Positions 11,317 to 23,899 of a stretch of 64,000 nt of DNA are shown piece after piece. Position numbers and translations under genes: made by a program. Source of the stretch: Escherichia coli (GTDB taxonomy: Bacteria > Pseudomonadota > Gammaproteobacteria > Enterobacterales > Enterobacteriaceae). The stretch lies in the NCBI RefSeq assembly GCF_030013205.1, contig NZ_CP122648.1, one strand, 5' to 3'. The notes beneath the pieces are model-generated. The model searched no databases. It saw only the letters and a program-made list of their open reading frames with translations, and was not told the DNA's origin. Position 1 is the first letter of the stretch, and the number at the start of each line of letters is the position of its first letter.

Positions 11317-11719
11317 AATCTATTCGCCTTATATATGTCTGGAGGTTTTGAGGATGATGATTAATTATTATCGCCAGAACGAAATGTGCACGAAAAATTG
11401 CTATAAGAATTGTGTCACTTTTATCATTGTGACATGACCAGTTCGTCATTAATCTCATGATCGTTTAAATACTACCGCCAAATCATGCAACGAACTTTGC
11501 TGGATTCAGTTTATGCTGCTGTAAATCCGCTCGCAGTAAACCTTTCAGACGCTCCGTGATGTTATCAGTGGTTCTTTAAGCGTTTTGCTGGTGTACTCAC
11601 TACAAACGAATTGCGAATCGAATCAATGTGAAACGGAAAGGTACAATCTCCCTTTTTTTAGTGTTAACATCGCTAAACCGGGTGGAAGGTGAGAGGTTAA
11701 TGTCTTTCATTTGTGTACC

Positions 11720-11838
11720 TGATTGCGAACCAATTTAGCATTTGTTGGCTAGATGGTTTCGCAATGAACTGTTAATAAACAAATTTTTCTTTGTATGTGA
11801 TCTTTCGTGTGGGTCACCACTGCAAATAAGGATATAAA
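11720..11838 (+). promoter_or_regulatory. thrS leader / translational operator region
   Basis: Established ThrRS autoregulation via a tRNA(Thr)-mimicking leader immediately 5' of thrS; boundaries approximate, not folded here. Confidence 0.5.
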
Positions 11839-13767
11839 ATGCCTGTTATAACTCTTCCTGATGGCAGCCAACGCCATTACGACCACGCTGTAAGCCCCAT
11901 GGATGTTGCGCTGGACATTGGTCCAGGTCTGGCGAAAGCCTGTATCGCAGGGCGCGTTAATGGCGAACTGGTTGATGCTTGCGATCTGATTGAAAACGAC
12001 GCACAACTGTCGATCATTACCGCCAAAGACGAAGAAGGTCTGGAGATCATTCGTCACTCCTGTGCGCACCTGTTAGGGCACGCGATTAAACAACTTTGGC
12101 CGCATACCAAAATGGCAATCGGCCCGGTTATTGACAACGGTTTTTATTACGACGTTGATCTTGACCGCACGTTAACCCAGGAAGATGTCGAAGCACTCGA
12201 GAAGCGGATGCATGAGCTTGCTGAGAAAAACTACGACGTCATTAAGAAGAAAGTCAGCTGGCACGAAGCGCGTGAAACTTTCGCCAACCGTGGGGAGAGC
12301 TACAAAGTCTCCATTCTTGACGAAAACATCGCCCATGATGACAAGCCAGGTCTGTACTTCCATGAAGAATATGTCGATATGTGCCGCGGTCCGCACGTAC
12401 CGAACATGCGTTTCTGCCATCATTTCAAACTAATGAAAACGGCAGGGGCTTACTGGCGTGGCGACAGCAACAACAAAATGTTGCAACGTATTTACGGTAC
12501 GGCGTGGGCAGACAAAAAAGCGCTAAACGCTTACCTGCAGCGCCTGGAAGAAGCCGCGAAACGCGACCACCGTAAAATCGGTAAACAGCTCGACCTGTAC
12601 CATATGCAGGAAGAAGCACCGGGTATGGTATTCTGGCACAACGATGGCTGGACCATCTTCCGTGAACTGGAAGTGTTTGTTCGTTCTAAACTGAAAGAGT
12701 ACCAGTATCAGGAAGTTAAAGGTCCGTTCATGATGGACCGTGTCCTGTGGGAAAAAACCGGTCACTGGGACAACTACAAAGATGCAATGTTCACCACGTC
12801 TTCTGAGAACCGTGAATACTGCATTAAGCCGATGAACTGCCCGGGTCACGTACAAATTTTCAACCAGGGGCTGAAGTCGTATCGTGATCTGCCGCTGCGT
12901 ATGGCCGAGTTTGGTAGCTGCCACCGTAACGAGCCGTCAGGTTCGCTGCATGGCCTGATGCGTGTACGTGGTTTTACCCAGGATGACGCGCATATCTTCT
13001 GTACTGAAGAACAAATTCGCGATGAAGTTAACGGATGTATCCGTTTAGTCTATGATATGTACAGCACTTTTGGCTTCGAGAAGATCGTCGTCAAACTCTC
13101 CACTCGTCCTGAAAAACGTATTGGCAGCGACGAAATGTGGGATCGTGCTGAGGCGGACCTGGCAGTTGCGCTGGAAGAAAACAACATCCCGTTTGAATAT
13201 CAACTGGGTGAAGGCGCTTTCTACGGTCCGAAAATTGAATTTACCCTGTATGACTGCCTCGATCGTGCATGGCAGTGCGGTACAGTACAGCTGGACTTCT
13301 CCTTGCCGTCTCGTCTGAGCGCCTCCTATGTGGGCGAAGACAACGAGCGTAAGGTACCGGTAATGATTCACCGCGCAATTCTGGGGTCGATGGAACGTTT
13401 CATCGGTATCCTGACCGAAGAATTCGCTGGTTTCTTCCCGACCTGGCTTGCGCCGGTTCAGGTTGTTATCATGAATATTACCGATTCACAGTCTGAATAC
13501 GTTAACGAATTGACGCAAAAACTATCAAATGCGGGCATTCGTGTTAAAGCAGACTTGAGAAATGAGAAGATTGGCTTTAAAATCCGCGAGCACACTTTGC
13601 GTCGCGTCCCGTATATGCTGGTCTGTGGTGATAAAGAGGTGGAATCAGGCAAAGTTGCCGTTCGCACCCGCCGTGGTAAAGACCTGGGAAGCATGGACGT
13701 AAATGAAGTGATCGAGAAGCTGCAACAAGAGATTCGCAGCCGCAGTCTTAAACAATTGGAGGAATAA
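11839..13767 (+). CDS. thrS: Threonyl-tRNA synthetase
   Basis: 642 aa, [49 protein letters not shown]...; class II aaRS motifs. Confidence 0.97.
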
Positions 13768-14313
<546 letters not shown>

Positions 14314-14385
14314 GGCCTTCAAGTAGCACTGTCTGTGGAGCCTTTGGGCTTCACAGGCATTGTTCGCCTTTGTTTCGTTTATTAA

Positions 14386-14607
<222 letters not shown>

Positions 14608-14633
14608 GCCGTTAACGTTTTTTAACTTTTTAA

Positions 14634-15017
<384 letters not shown>

Positions 15018-15028
15018 GCCAGTTGAAA

Positions 15029-15052
15029 GAGGGAGCTAGTCTCCCTCTTTTC
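15029..15052 (+). terminator. Rho-independent terminator after rplT
   Basis: agagggagctagtctccctctttt: GC stem plus T-run; coordinates approximate. Confidence 0.55.
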
Positions 15053-15139
15053 GTTTCAACGCCATCAAAACATTGACTTTTATCGCCGTAGCCTTTTCAA
15101 TAAAGGTCTTTTGAAAAGTACCAAAAGGTAACGCAAGCA

Positions 15140-15184
15140 ATGAATGCTGCTATTTTCCGCTTCTTTTTTTACTTTAGCACCTGA
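15140..15184 (+). CDS. pheM: pheST attenuator leader peptide (14 aa, 5 Phe)
   Basis: ATGAATGCTGCTATTTTCCGCTTCTTTTTTTACTTTAGCACCTGA = [14 protein letters not shown]. Confidence 0.85.
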
Positions 15185-15230
15185 CTCCAGGAGGCTAGCG
15201 CGTGAGAAGAGAAACGGAAAACAGCGCCTG

Positions 15231-15257
15231 AAAGCCTCCCAGTGGAGGCTTTTTTTG
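15231..15257 (+). terminator. pheST attenuator terminator hairpin
   Basis: aaagcctcccagtggaggcttttttt between pheM and pheS. Confidence 0.7.
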
Positions 15258-15280
15258 TATGCGCGTTTTGAAAAAATTAA

Positions 15281-16306
<1,026 letters not shown>

Positions 16307-16317
16307 GGCAGGAATAG

Positions 16318-18708
<2,391 letters not shown>

Positions 18709-18712
18709 ACCT

Positions 18713-19012
18713 ATGGCGCTTACAAAAGCTGAAATGTCAGAATATCTGTTTGATAAGCTTGGGCTTAGCAAGCGGGATGCCAAAGAACTGGTTGAACTGT
18801 TTTTCGAAGAGATCCGTCGCGCTCTGGAAAACGGCGAACAGGTGAAACTCTCTGGTTTTGGTAACTTCGATCTGCGTGATAAGAATCAACGCCCGGGACG
18901 TAACCCGAAAACGGGCGAGGATATTCCCATTACAGCACGGCGCGTGGTGACCTTCAGACCCGGGCAGAAGTTAAAAAGCCGGGTCGAAAACGCTTCGCCC
19001 AAAGACGAGTAA
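18713..19012 (+). CDS. ihfA: Integration host factor alpha subunit
   Basis: [99 protein letters not shown]. Confidence 0.97.
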
Positions 19013-19025
19013 TCTGATCTAACTA

Positions 19026-19054
19026 AAAAGGCCGCTCTGCGGCCTTTTTTCTTT
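19026..19054 (+). terminator. ihfA terminator hairpin; also the left copy (attL core) of the island-flanking direct repeat
   Basis: aaaaaggccgctctgcggccttttttcttt; the core ggccgctctgcggccttttttcttt recurs near 36016. Confidence 0.75.
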
Positions 19055-19317
19055 CAATAACCGATTGATTTATAATGTTTTATATATCTTCGTTCCACCA
19101 TGTGTCCACATTCAGTGGAGGGAGAGGGGAGTAAGCCCGCTACATTGTGGGCTTTGTCTTATAGTCTGATCACCGTTTCAAGTCAGTAAGGACACCAAAA
19201 AGAAAACCCGCAGTTTTTACGTTGCGGGTTTGTTGTTCATGTCTGTGAGATAGGGTGCCTTATCGACCTTACCCTGGCAACCGATTGACGGGGGATTGCT
19301 CCCCCGTCGCGGTTTCC

Positions 19318-19458
19318 TTACTGCTTACACTGTAAGAACGCCGCAAACTCCGCTCCCCAGAATCTCATCCGTATTTCGCACAGCGAACCGTGCAACATCC
19401 AGATGATGAGGATTGCCGTCACGCAGAACGTGATGGCCGTAAGCGATTTTTGCGACAT
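19318..19458 (-). CDS. Hok/Gef-family type I toxin (46 aa)
   Basis: MSQKSLTAITFCVTAILIIWMLHGSLCEIRMRFWGAEFAAFLQCKQ: single TM helix then SLCEIR..R....E.AAF signature shared by Hok/Gef/HokA; below the ORF-track size cutoff; coordinates hand-derived. Confidence 0.7.
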   Translation of the reverse strand: MSQKSLTAITFCVTAILIIWMLHGSLCEIRMRFWGAEFAAFLQCKQ

Positions 19459-19612
19459 AGCACTTGCTCCTTTTCCGGAGAGGCGCTAACCTTTCACTTG
19501 TCAAGGTAATGCGGTTAGGGCCTCGGTTAAACAGAAACGTTTTCCGGGGCCTTTCCACATCTGGCCTTCGGGTATTCCCTCCGACCATCAGCCGAAAGGC
19601 ACCCGCGCGCAA
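19325..19612 (-). other. mok-like reading frame fully overlapping the hok-like ORF in another frame (probable translational-coupling frame, not an independent protein)
   Basis: 95-aa track ORF ends 7 nt from the hok-like stop and spans it, the architecture of hok/mok loci. Confidence 0.45.
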
Positions 19613-19648
19613 TCTATCTCTTTTTTGTTACTCCGGCAATTCTGCCTG

Positions 19649-19909
19649 TTAATTTTGAGGTAAGGGCAAACTCATCTGATTGTTTCCTTTGTGTGAAGCT
19701 GGCAGTTCATGCCACGGGATACCTTCTGAAGAGTGAGCGCCGGAGGCGTGTTTCGATGTGAATTTATGGAAAGCTTCCAGTGTTGAGAAGCATACACCGC
19801 ATTCTAGGTTGTTACATTGGTAATACTTTTGCCGCACGGTGTTTGAATCATTTTCCGGACGACTGGTGCGGATTCGGGCAGATGCGCCACAAAGCGGACA
19901 ACGGAACAT
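19649..19909 (-). CDS. ogr: Ogr/Delta-family zinc-finger late-gene activator (P2 Ogr-like)
   Basis: MFRCPLCGASARIRTSRPENDSNTVRQKYYQCNNLECGVCFST...: CxxC ... CxxxxC pattern and spacing of P2 Ogr. Confidence 0.8.
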   Translation of the reverse strand: MFRCPLCGASARIRTSRPENDSNTVRQKYYQCNNLECGVCFSTLEAFHKFTSKHASGAHSSEGIPWHELPASHKGNNQMSLPLPQN

Positions 19910-20119
19910 AGCGACCTCCCTTACTGTGGTGCTTCCGCTATTCTAAGTTGTACTGAAACAGATTCCAATTAACAGCTTGTCTTGTGTGAAAAGTGGAAGT
20001 TCACAATTGTGATAGCCATTACTAACGTTGTGATGTATTAGTCAACGGGAAACAAGGCATCTGTAACATATCTATGGATATGTTATATTATTGTTGCCAT
20101 AGGAAAAATCCGCTTTAAA

Positions 20120-20434
20120 GTGGTTGCTGATCATGAATATTTGTATTGGAAGATAATTGCAATGAGCGAAAGAGTGTTTGAGAAAGAACTATATTCTGAA
20201 TGGGTTATACGCAATAGTCTATATTGGATGACTCCGCTTACTCGATGGAAACTCCATGAAGACGTTTCCCACTGGATAATCTCTTTTGAAAACGATAATC
20301 CCAAATTCCTTTATGAATTCGATAGGCTGCTTAATGATTACTCTTTGCGAGAAAAGCTACAGCATAAAACAGGGGCGTTGAGAGACTCTATTGTCCATAA
20401 AGTGCTTCGCAGTGTTGATGAGAGGCTTTCATAA
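20120..20434 (+). CDS. hxsD: His-Xaa-Ser system protein HxsD (LLNDYxLRE-motif protein)
   Basis: 104-aa ORF containing ...FDRLLNDYSLREKLQHK...; stop overlaps hxsB start (TAATG); true start may be the internal ATG near 20162. Confidence 0.7.
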   Translation: MVADHEYLYWKIIAMSERVFEKELYSEWVIRNSLYWMTPLTRWKLHEDVSHWIISFENDNPKFLYEFDRLLNDYSLREKLQHKTGALRDSIVHKVLRSVDERLS

Positions 20435-21822
20435 TGGAATTGATGCCATTTAATTTTGACAGATTGCCTAATGGACAGGTGTTTATAAGCAACCTTGCAG
20501 GTTTTCATCATTTCATTGGTGAGCAAGACCTTATTGATCTTTCTGATGAGCGAATTAGTTCGGAGCAATCAAACGTGCTAGAAAGTAAGCTTTTCATAAC
20601 CAGTGAAAGCTCATCTGCTATAACTCCCTATGCTTTAAGTTCTGCTTTTGCAAAACGATTGATGAATGAACTGGCTGTCAGGCCAATTTTCATGATTGTA
20701 CCCACATTACGTTGTGACCATACATGCAAGTATTGCCAGGTTAGTAGAGCTTCTGTTAATGCCTCAGGTTACGACCTAAATCCTGAGCTCATCCCCGATA
20801 TTATTTCGGCTATTAAAAAACTATCAACGCCACCTTACAAAATAGAGATACAGGGTGGGGAGCCTCTCTTGCGGTTTGATTTAATTCAGAACATCTATGA
20901 TCAATGTGCTGAAACGCTGGGAAGAACCAATTTTGAGATGGTGGTGGCATCAAGTCTGTCTGTCTTGAATGAGGATATGATTGAATGGTCGAGAGACCGG
21001 AACATAACGTTCTCTGTGTCGCTTGATGGTGAGGAAGTTGTTCACAACAGTAATCGAATTCTTGGTCGTGGGCTTGCGTACAGTAGAACAGTGTCAGGGG
21101 TAGAGGCTATCAAACACTCTTTAGGTGCTGGCCGCGTTGCAACGGTTACTACAGTTACTAAAGAGCTTATCAGACGTCCTGAATCGATTGTTCAGGCTCA
21201 CTTGTCTCTTGGGCTCAAGGACATGTTTATCCGACCTGTTAGTCCCTATGGGTTTGCACAAAAAGCTTCTTTCACCTTTTCTATGGACGAATACTTCAGC
21301 TTCTATGCCTCGTTGATAGATGAAATCCTTAAGATTAATAATGAAGGGATAAGGGTTGTGGAACATTCGGCCTCCATTCATCTGAAAAGGATCTTCAATC
21401 CCGGTTTTAGTGGCTATGCGGATTTAAAGTCTCCAAGTGGAGTCGTGCTTAACAGTATTCTTTTCAATTATGACGGTCGAGTATATGGTAGCGATGAGAG
21501 CCGTATGTTGCAGAAGGTGAATCCTGAAACGGAGTTCAGTGCGGGTGAAGTTAAGACGCTATCATTTTCTGATAGTCCTTACTATAACGCAGTATTGACT
21601 TCATCGTTCAATTTTGCTCTGCCAGGTTGTGATACATGTGCATATCAACCATTTTGTGGTTCAGATCCATGCCAGAACATAAGTGTACAGGGTGAGCCTG
21701 TCGGCGATAGGAGTCGTTCAACGTTTTGTCAATATCACAAGGGGATGTTCAGGTATCTGATGAACTGCATCTCAGAGGGTGGTTCGAAGGCTGAGATGCT
21801 AAAAGGATGGGCATATGTCTGA
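20434..21822 (+). CDS. hxsB: Radical SAM / SPASM-type maturase, first of the pair (HxsB-like)
   Basis: 462 aa; CxxxCxxC in ...PTLRCDHTCKYCQVS...; C-terminal Cys cluster ...LPGCDTCAYQPFCGSDPCQNI...; overlaps the neighbouring genes. Confidence 0.8.
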   Translation: MELMPFNFDRLPNGQVFISNLAGFHHFIGEQDLIDLSDERISSEQSNVLESKLFITSESSSAITPYALSSAFAKRLMNELAVRPIFMIVPTLRCDHTCKYCQVSRASVNASGYDLNPELIPDIISAIKKLSTPPYKIEIQGGEPLLRFDLIQNIYDQCAETLGRTNFEMVVASSLSVLNEDMIEWSRDRNITFSVSLDGEEVVHNSNRILGRGLAYSRTVSGVEAIKHSLGAGRVATVTTVTKELIRRPESIVQAHLSLGLKDMFIRPVSPYGFAQKASFTFSMDEYFSFYASLIDEILKINNEGIRVVEHSASIHLKRIFNPGFSGYADLKSPSGVVLNSILFNYDGRVYGSDESRMLQKVNPETEFSAGEVKTLSFSDSPYYNAVLTSSFNFALPGCDTCAYQPFCGSDPCQNISVQGEPVGDRSRSTFCQYHKGMFRYLMNCISEGGSKAEMLKGWAYV

Positions 21823-22927
21823 GGTTATCAGGAACGATATCTTTCATTTTGCTTCTACAGAGAACGTGCCCACGGGGTTCTATCGGTTATGCAAACAAAA
21901 ACCAGTGAACCCTTTATTCTTTTTGCCCAATTTGCTAGTAGTTGCTGAGGGCAATAATGATGCCATTCCACCATGCTTTGATTTCTCTGTTATTAGCACT
22001 GAATTATTTGAGTCAATTGAAGATGGAGATATTGGGATAATCAACAATGGCAATATGATACGCGTTATTCTGTCACGCAAAGCCAACCATAATACTGTCT
22101 TAGTTACGGAACGCTGCAATAACTTGTGTCTGTTTTGTTCGCAGCCACCAAAGAAAATAAATGATGACTGGCTACTTACCCAATCAGCTCTTGCTATAGC
22201 TTCATTTGGCTTGAACGGAGTTGTTGGGGTCAGCGGTGGTGAACCTTTGCTATATGGGGATGACTTCCTTCACTTCATTGATTTTATCATCGAGAATTCA
22301 CCAGATACTGCTTTACATGTTTTAACAAACGGACGCAAATTTGCTGATACCAACTTTACACAGGAAATGGCAAAGCGAAGCAAAAAGATCAAAATCACCT
22401 TTGGTATCCCGCTCTACTCATCAAGACCACTTGTGCATGATCATCTGGTAGGGAGTGATGGCGCATTTAATGAAACGGTTAAAGGGTTAATCAATGCAGG
22501 AAACTTGGGGATTAATATCGAACTTAGAGTTATTCCTACACTGGCTAACTATACCGAATTGGATGATATCGTAGAATTCGCTGGCCGTGTGTTCTCCAAC
22601 ATCAATCAGATTTCCCTTATGGGGTTGGAGCCTATCGGTTGGGCACGAAAAAACTGGTCCACCATCTTCATTGATCACAGTAGTTATAGTGAGAAAATAA
22701 TCTCTGCCATAGACGCTGCATACAGGTCAGGCATACCTCTGACAATTTTTAATTATCCTTTGTGTTATCTTCCTGAAAGGGCTAGGGAGCTTGCTGTTCA
22801 GTCGATCTCTGATTGGAAAAATTACTATCCAAAAGAATGTGATGAATGTACTCAGAAGCCTTCCTGTGCTGGCTATTTCAGTTCCTCAAAAGGCCGTTTT
22901 CATCAATCACCGAGACCAATTTTATGA
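21815..22927 (+). CDS. hxsC: Radical SAM maturase, second of the pair (HxsC-like)
   Basis: 370 aa; CxxxCxxC in ...VTERCNNLCLFCSQP...; C-terminal Cys-rich ...CDECTQKPSCAGYF...; 8-nt overlap with hxsB, ATGA overlap with hxsA. Confidence 0.8.
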   Translation: MSEVIRNDIFHFASTENVPTGFYRLCKQKPVNPLFFLPNLLVVAEGNNDAIPPCFDFSVISTELFESIEDGDIGIINNGNMIRVILSRKANHNTVLVTERCNNLCLFCSQPPKKINDDWLLTQSALAIASFGLNGVVGVSGGEPLLYGDDFLHFIDFIIENSPDTALHVLTNGRKFADTNFTQEMAKRSKKIKITFGIPLYSSRPLVHDHLVGSDGAFNETVKGLINAGNLGINIELRVIPTLANYTELDDIVEFAGRVFSNINQISLMGLEPIGWARKNWSTIFIDHSSYSEKIISAIDAAYRSGIPLTIFNYPLCYLPERARELAVQSISDWKNYYPKECDECTQKPSCAGYFSSSKGRFHQSPRPIL

Positions 22928-23559
22928 AAAAGTTTAATTTTGCTGCTCTACTTCCGGGATTTTTGGCTCTCAACAATTCTGTATGGGCAAGCGATTCATC
23001 TACAGGAGCGAGTGATTTACCTGGTATGACTCTTAATGAGCATGATTTAGTGATAGCTCCACTTAACACGGAAGTCCCATTTTATATCGCAGGGCATCGA
23101 AGCCATAGTTCTCATAGGAGCCATAGCTCTCATAGATCCTCATCAGGTGGTGGATACTATGGTGGAAGTACCCCCTATTATCCAAAAACATACAGCTCAC
23201 CAAGTTCATCTGGTTCTTCAAGTTCAGGTGCAAGTTCCTCATCGTCCTCTTCCTCGGTGCGTGCACTTCGTTCTAACGATAATAATAGAACCACTAACAC
23301 GAGTTCTGTTGGAACTTCAGAGGTTAACCGTACGAGTAATGGGCTTGCTTCTGATGCAGAGAAACGTAAGCGATTGATTATGCGAGTTCAGTTCGCATTG
23401 CTGGACAGGGGATTTTATAACGGAAATATTGACGGCATAATGGGGCCATCCACAAGGCTGTCTGTGAAAAATTACCGCATTGCGAATGGATTACCGATTC
23501 CTGCAACTGAAACACTCGACGCACAATTGTTAAATTCTTTGAATATATTAGCTCGCTAA
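22924..23559 (+). CDS. hxsA: His-Xaa-Ser repeat protein (HxsA-like), secreted, with peptidoglycan-binding-like C-terminal domain
   Basis: From internal ATG of track ORF 22846..23559: MKKFNFAALLPGFLALNNSVWA (signal peptide), HRSHSSHRSHSSHRS (5 HXS repeats), Ser/Gly-rich linker, C-terminal ...RVQFALLDRGFYNGNIDGIMGPSTRLSVKNYRIANGLPIPATETLDAQLL. Confidence 0.8.
   Translation: MKKFNFAALLPGFLALNNSVWASDSSTGASDLPGMTLNEHDLVIAPLNTEVPFYIAGHRSHSSHRSHSSHRSSSGGGYYGGSTPYYPKTYSSPSSSGSSSSGASSSSSSSSVRALRSNDNNRTTNTSSVGTSEVNRTSNGLASDAEKRKRLIMRVQFALLDRGFYNGNIDGIMGPSTRLSVKNYRIANGLPIPATETLDAQLLNSLNILAR
23097..23135 (+). repeat. Short in-frame tandem DNA repeat encoding the His-Xaa-Ser units
   Basis: agccatagttctcatagg / agccatagctctcataga-like 18-nt units; coordinates approximate. 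Confidence 0.6.
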
Positions 23560-23861
23560 ATCTCAGTGAGGTATAAATAAAAAGCAATAAATTATATTAG
23601 TCGCGCGTCCATTATTGGTGGGTAAGTTCAAGGACCGTCTGCTCTGTGTCAGGGGCAGATGGTCAGATAAGACTGTGCCGTTTAGCCCGCTAGTACGTGT
23701 CTGGACTAATACATTTAAGAGTCTCATTCTGCTATCCATTCCGGGATTTTTGCCTCAAGCTCAAGCTGTGTGGTAAAGCCGCTGTTATCAATGGTGTGCT
23801 CGGCTTTTGCAATAATCCAGTCCTGATTATCAATCTCGCTTTTAAATCCTGTTACCGTGCC

Positions 23862-23869
23862 ATGCATTT
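23862..23869. repeat. Target-site duplication (left copy) of the IS66-family element
   Basis: ATGCATTT, repeated at ~26569-26576. Confidence 0.7.
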
Positions 23870-23899
23870 GTAAGCGACTCGTCAGAACCGTATTGATAT

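Noticed and set aside
19325-19612. 95-aa track ORF as an independent protein-coding gene
   Set aside because: It fully overlaps the Hok-like ORF in another frame; better explained as a mok-like coupling frame than as a stand-alone protein.
19981-20040. TGTGA/TCACA motifs as CRP binding sites
   Set aside because: Half-site spacing is 9-10 nt or 0 nt rather than the 6-nt spacer of the CRP consensus; kept only as generic dyad symmetry.
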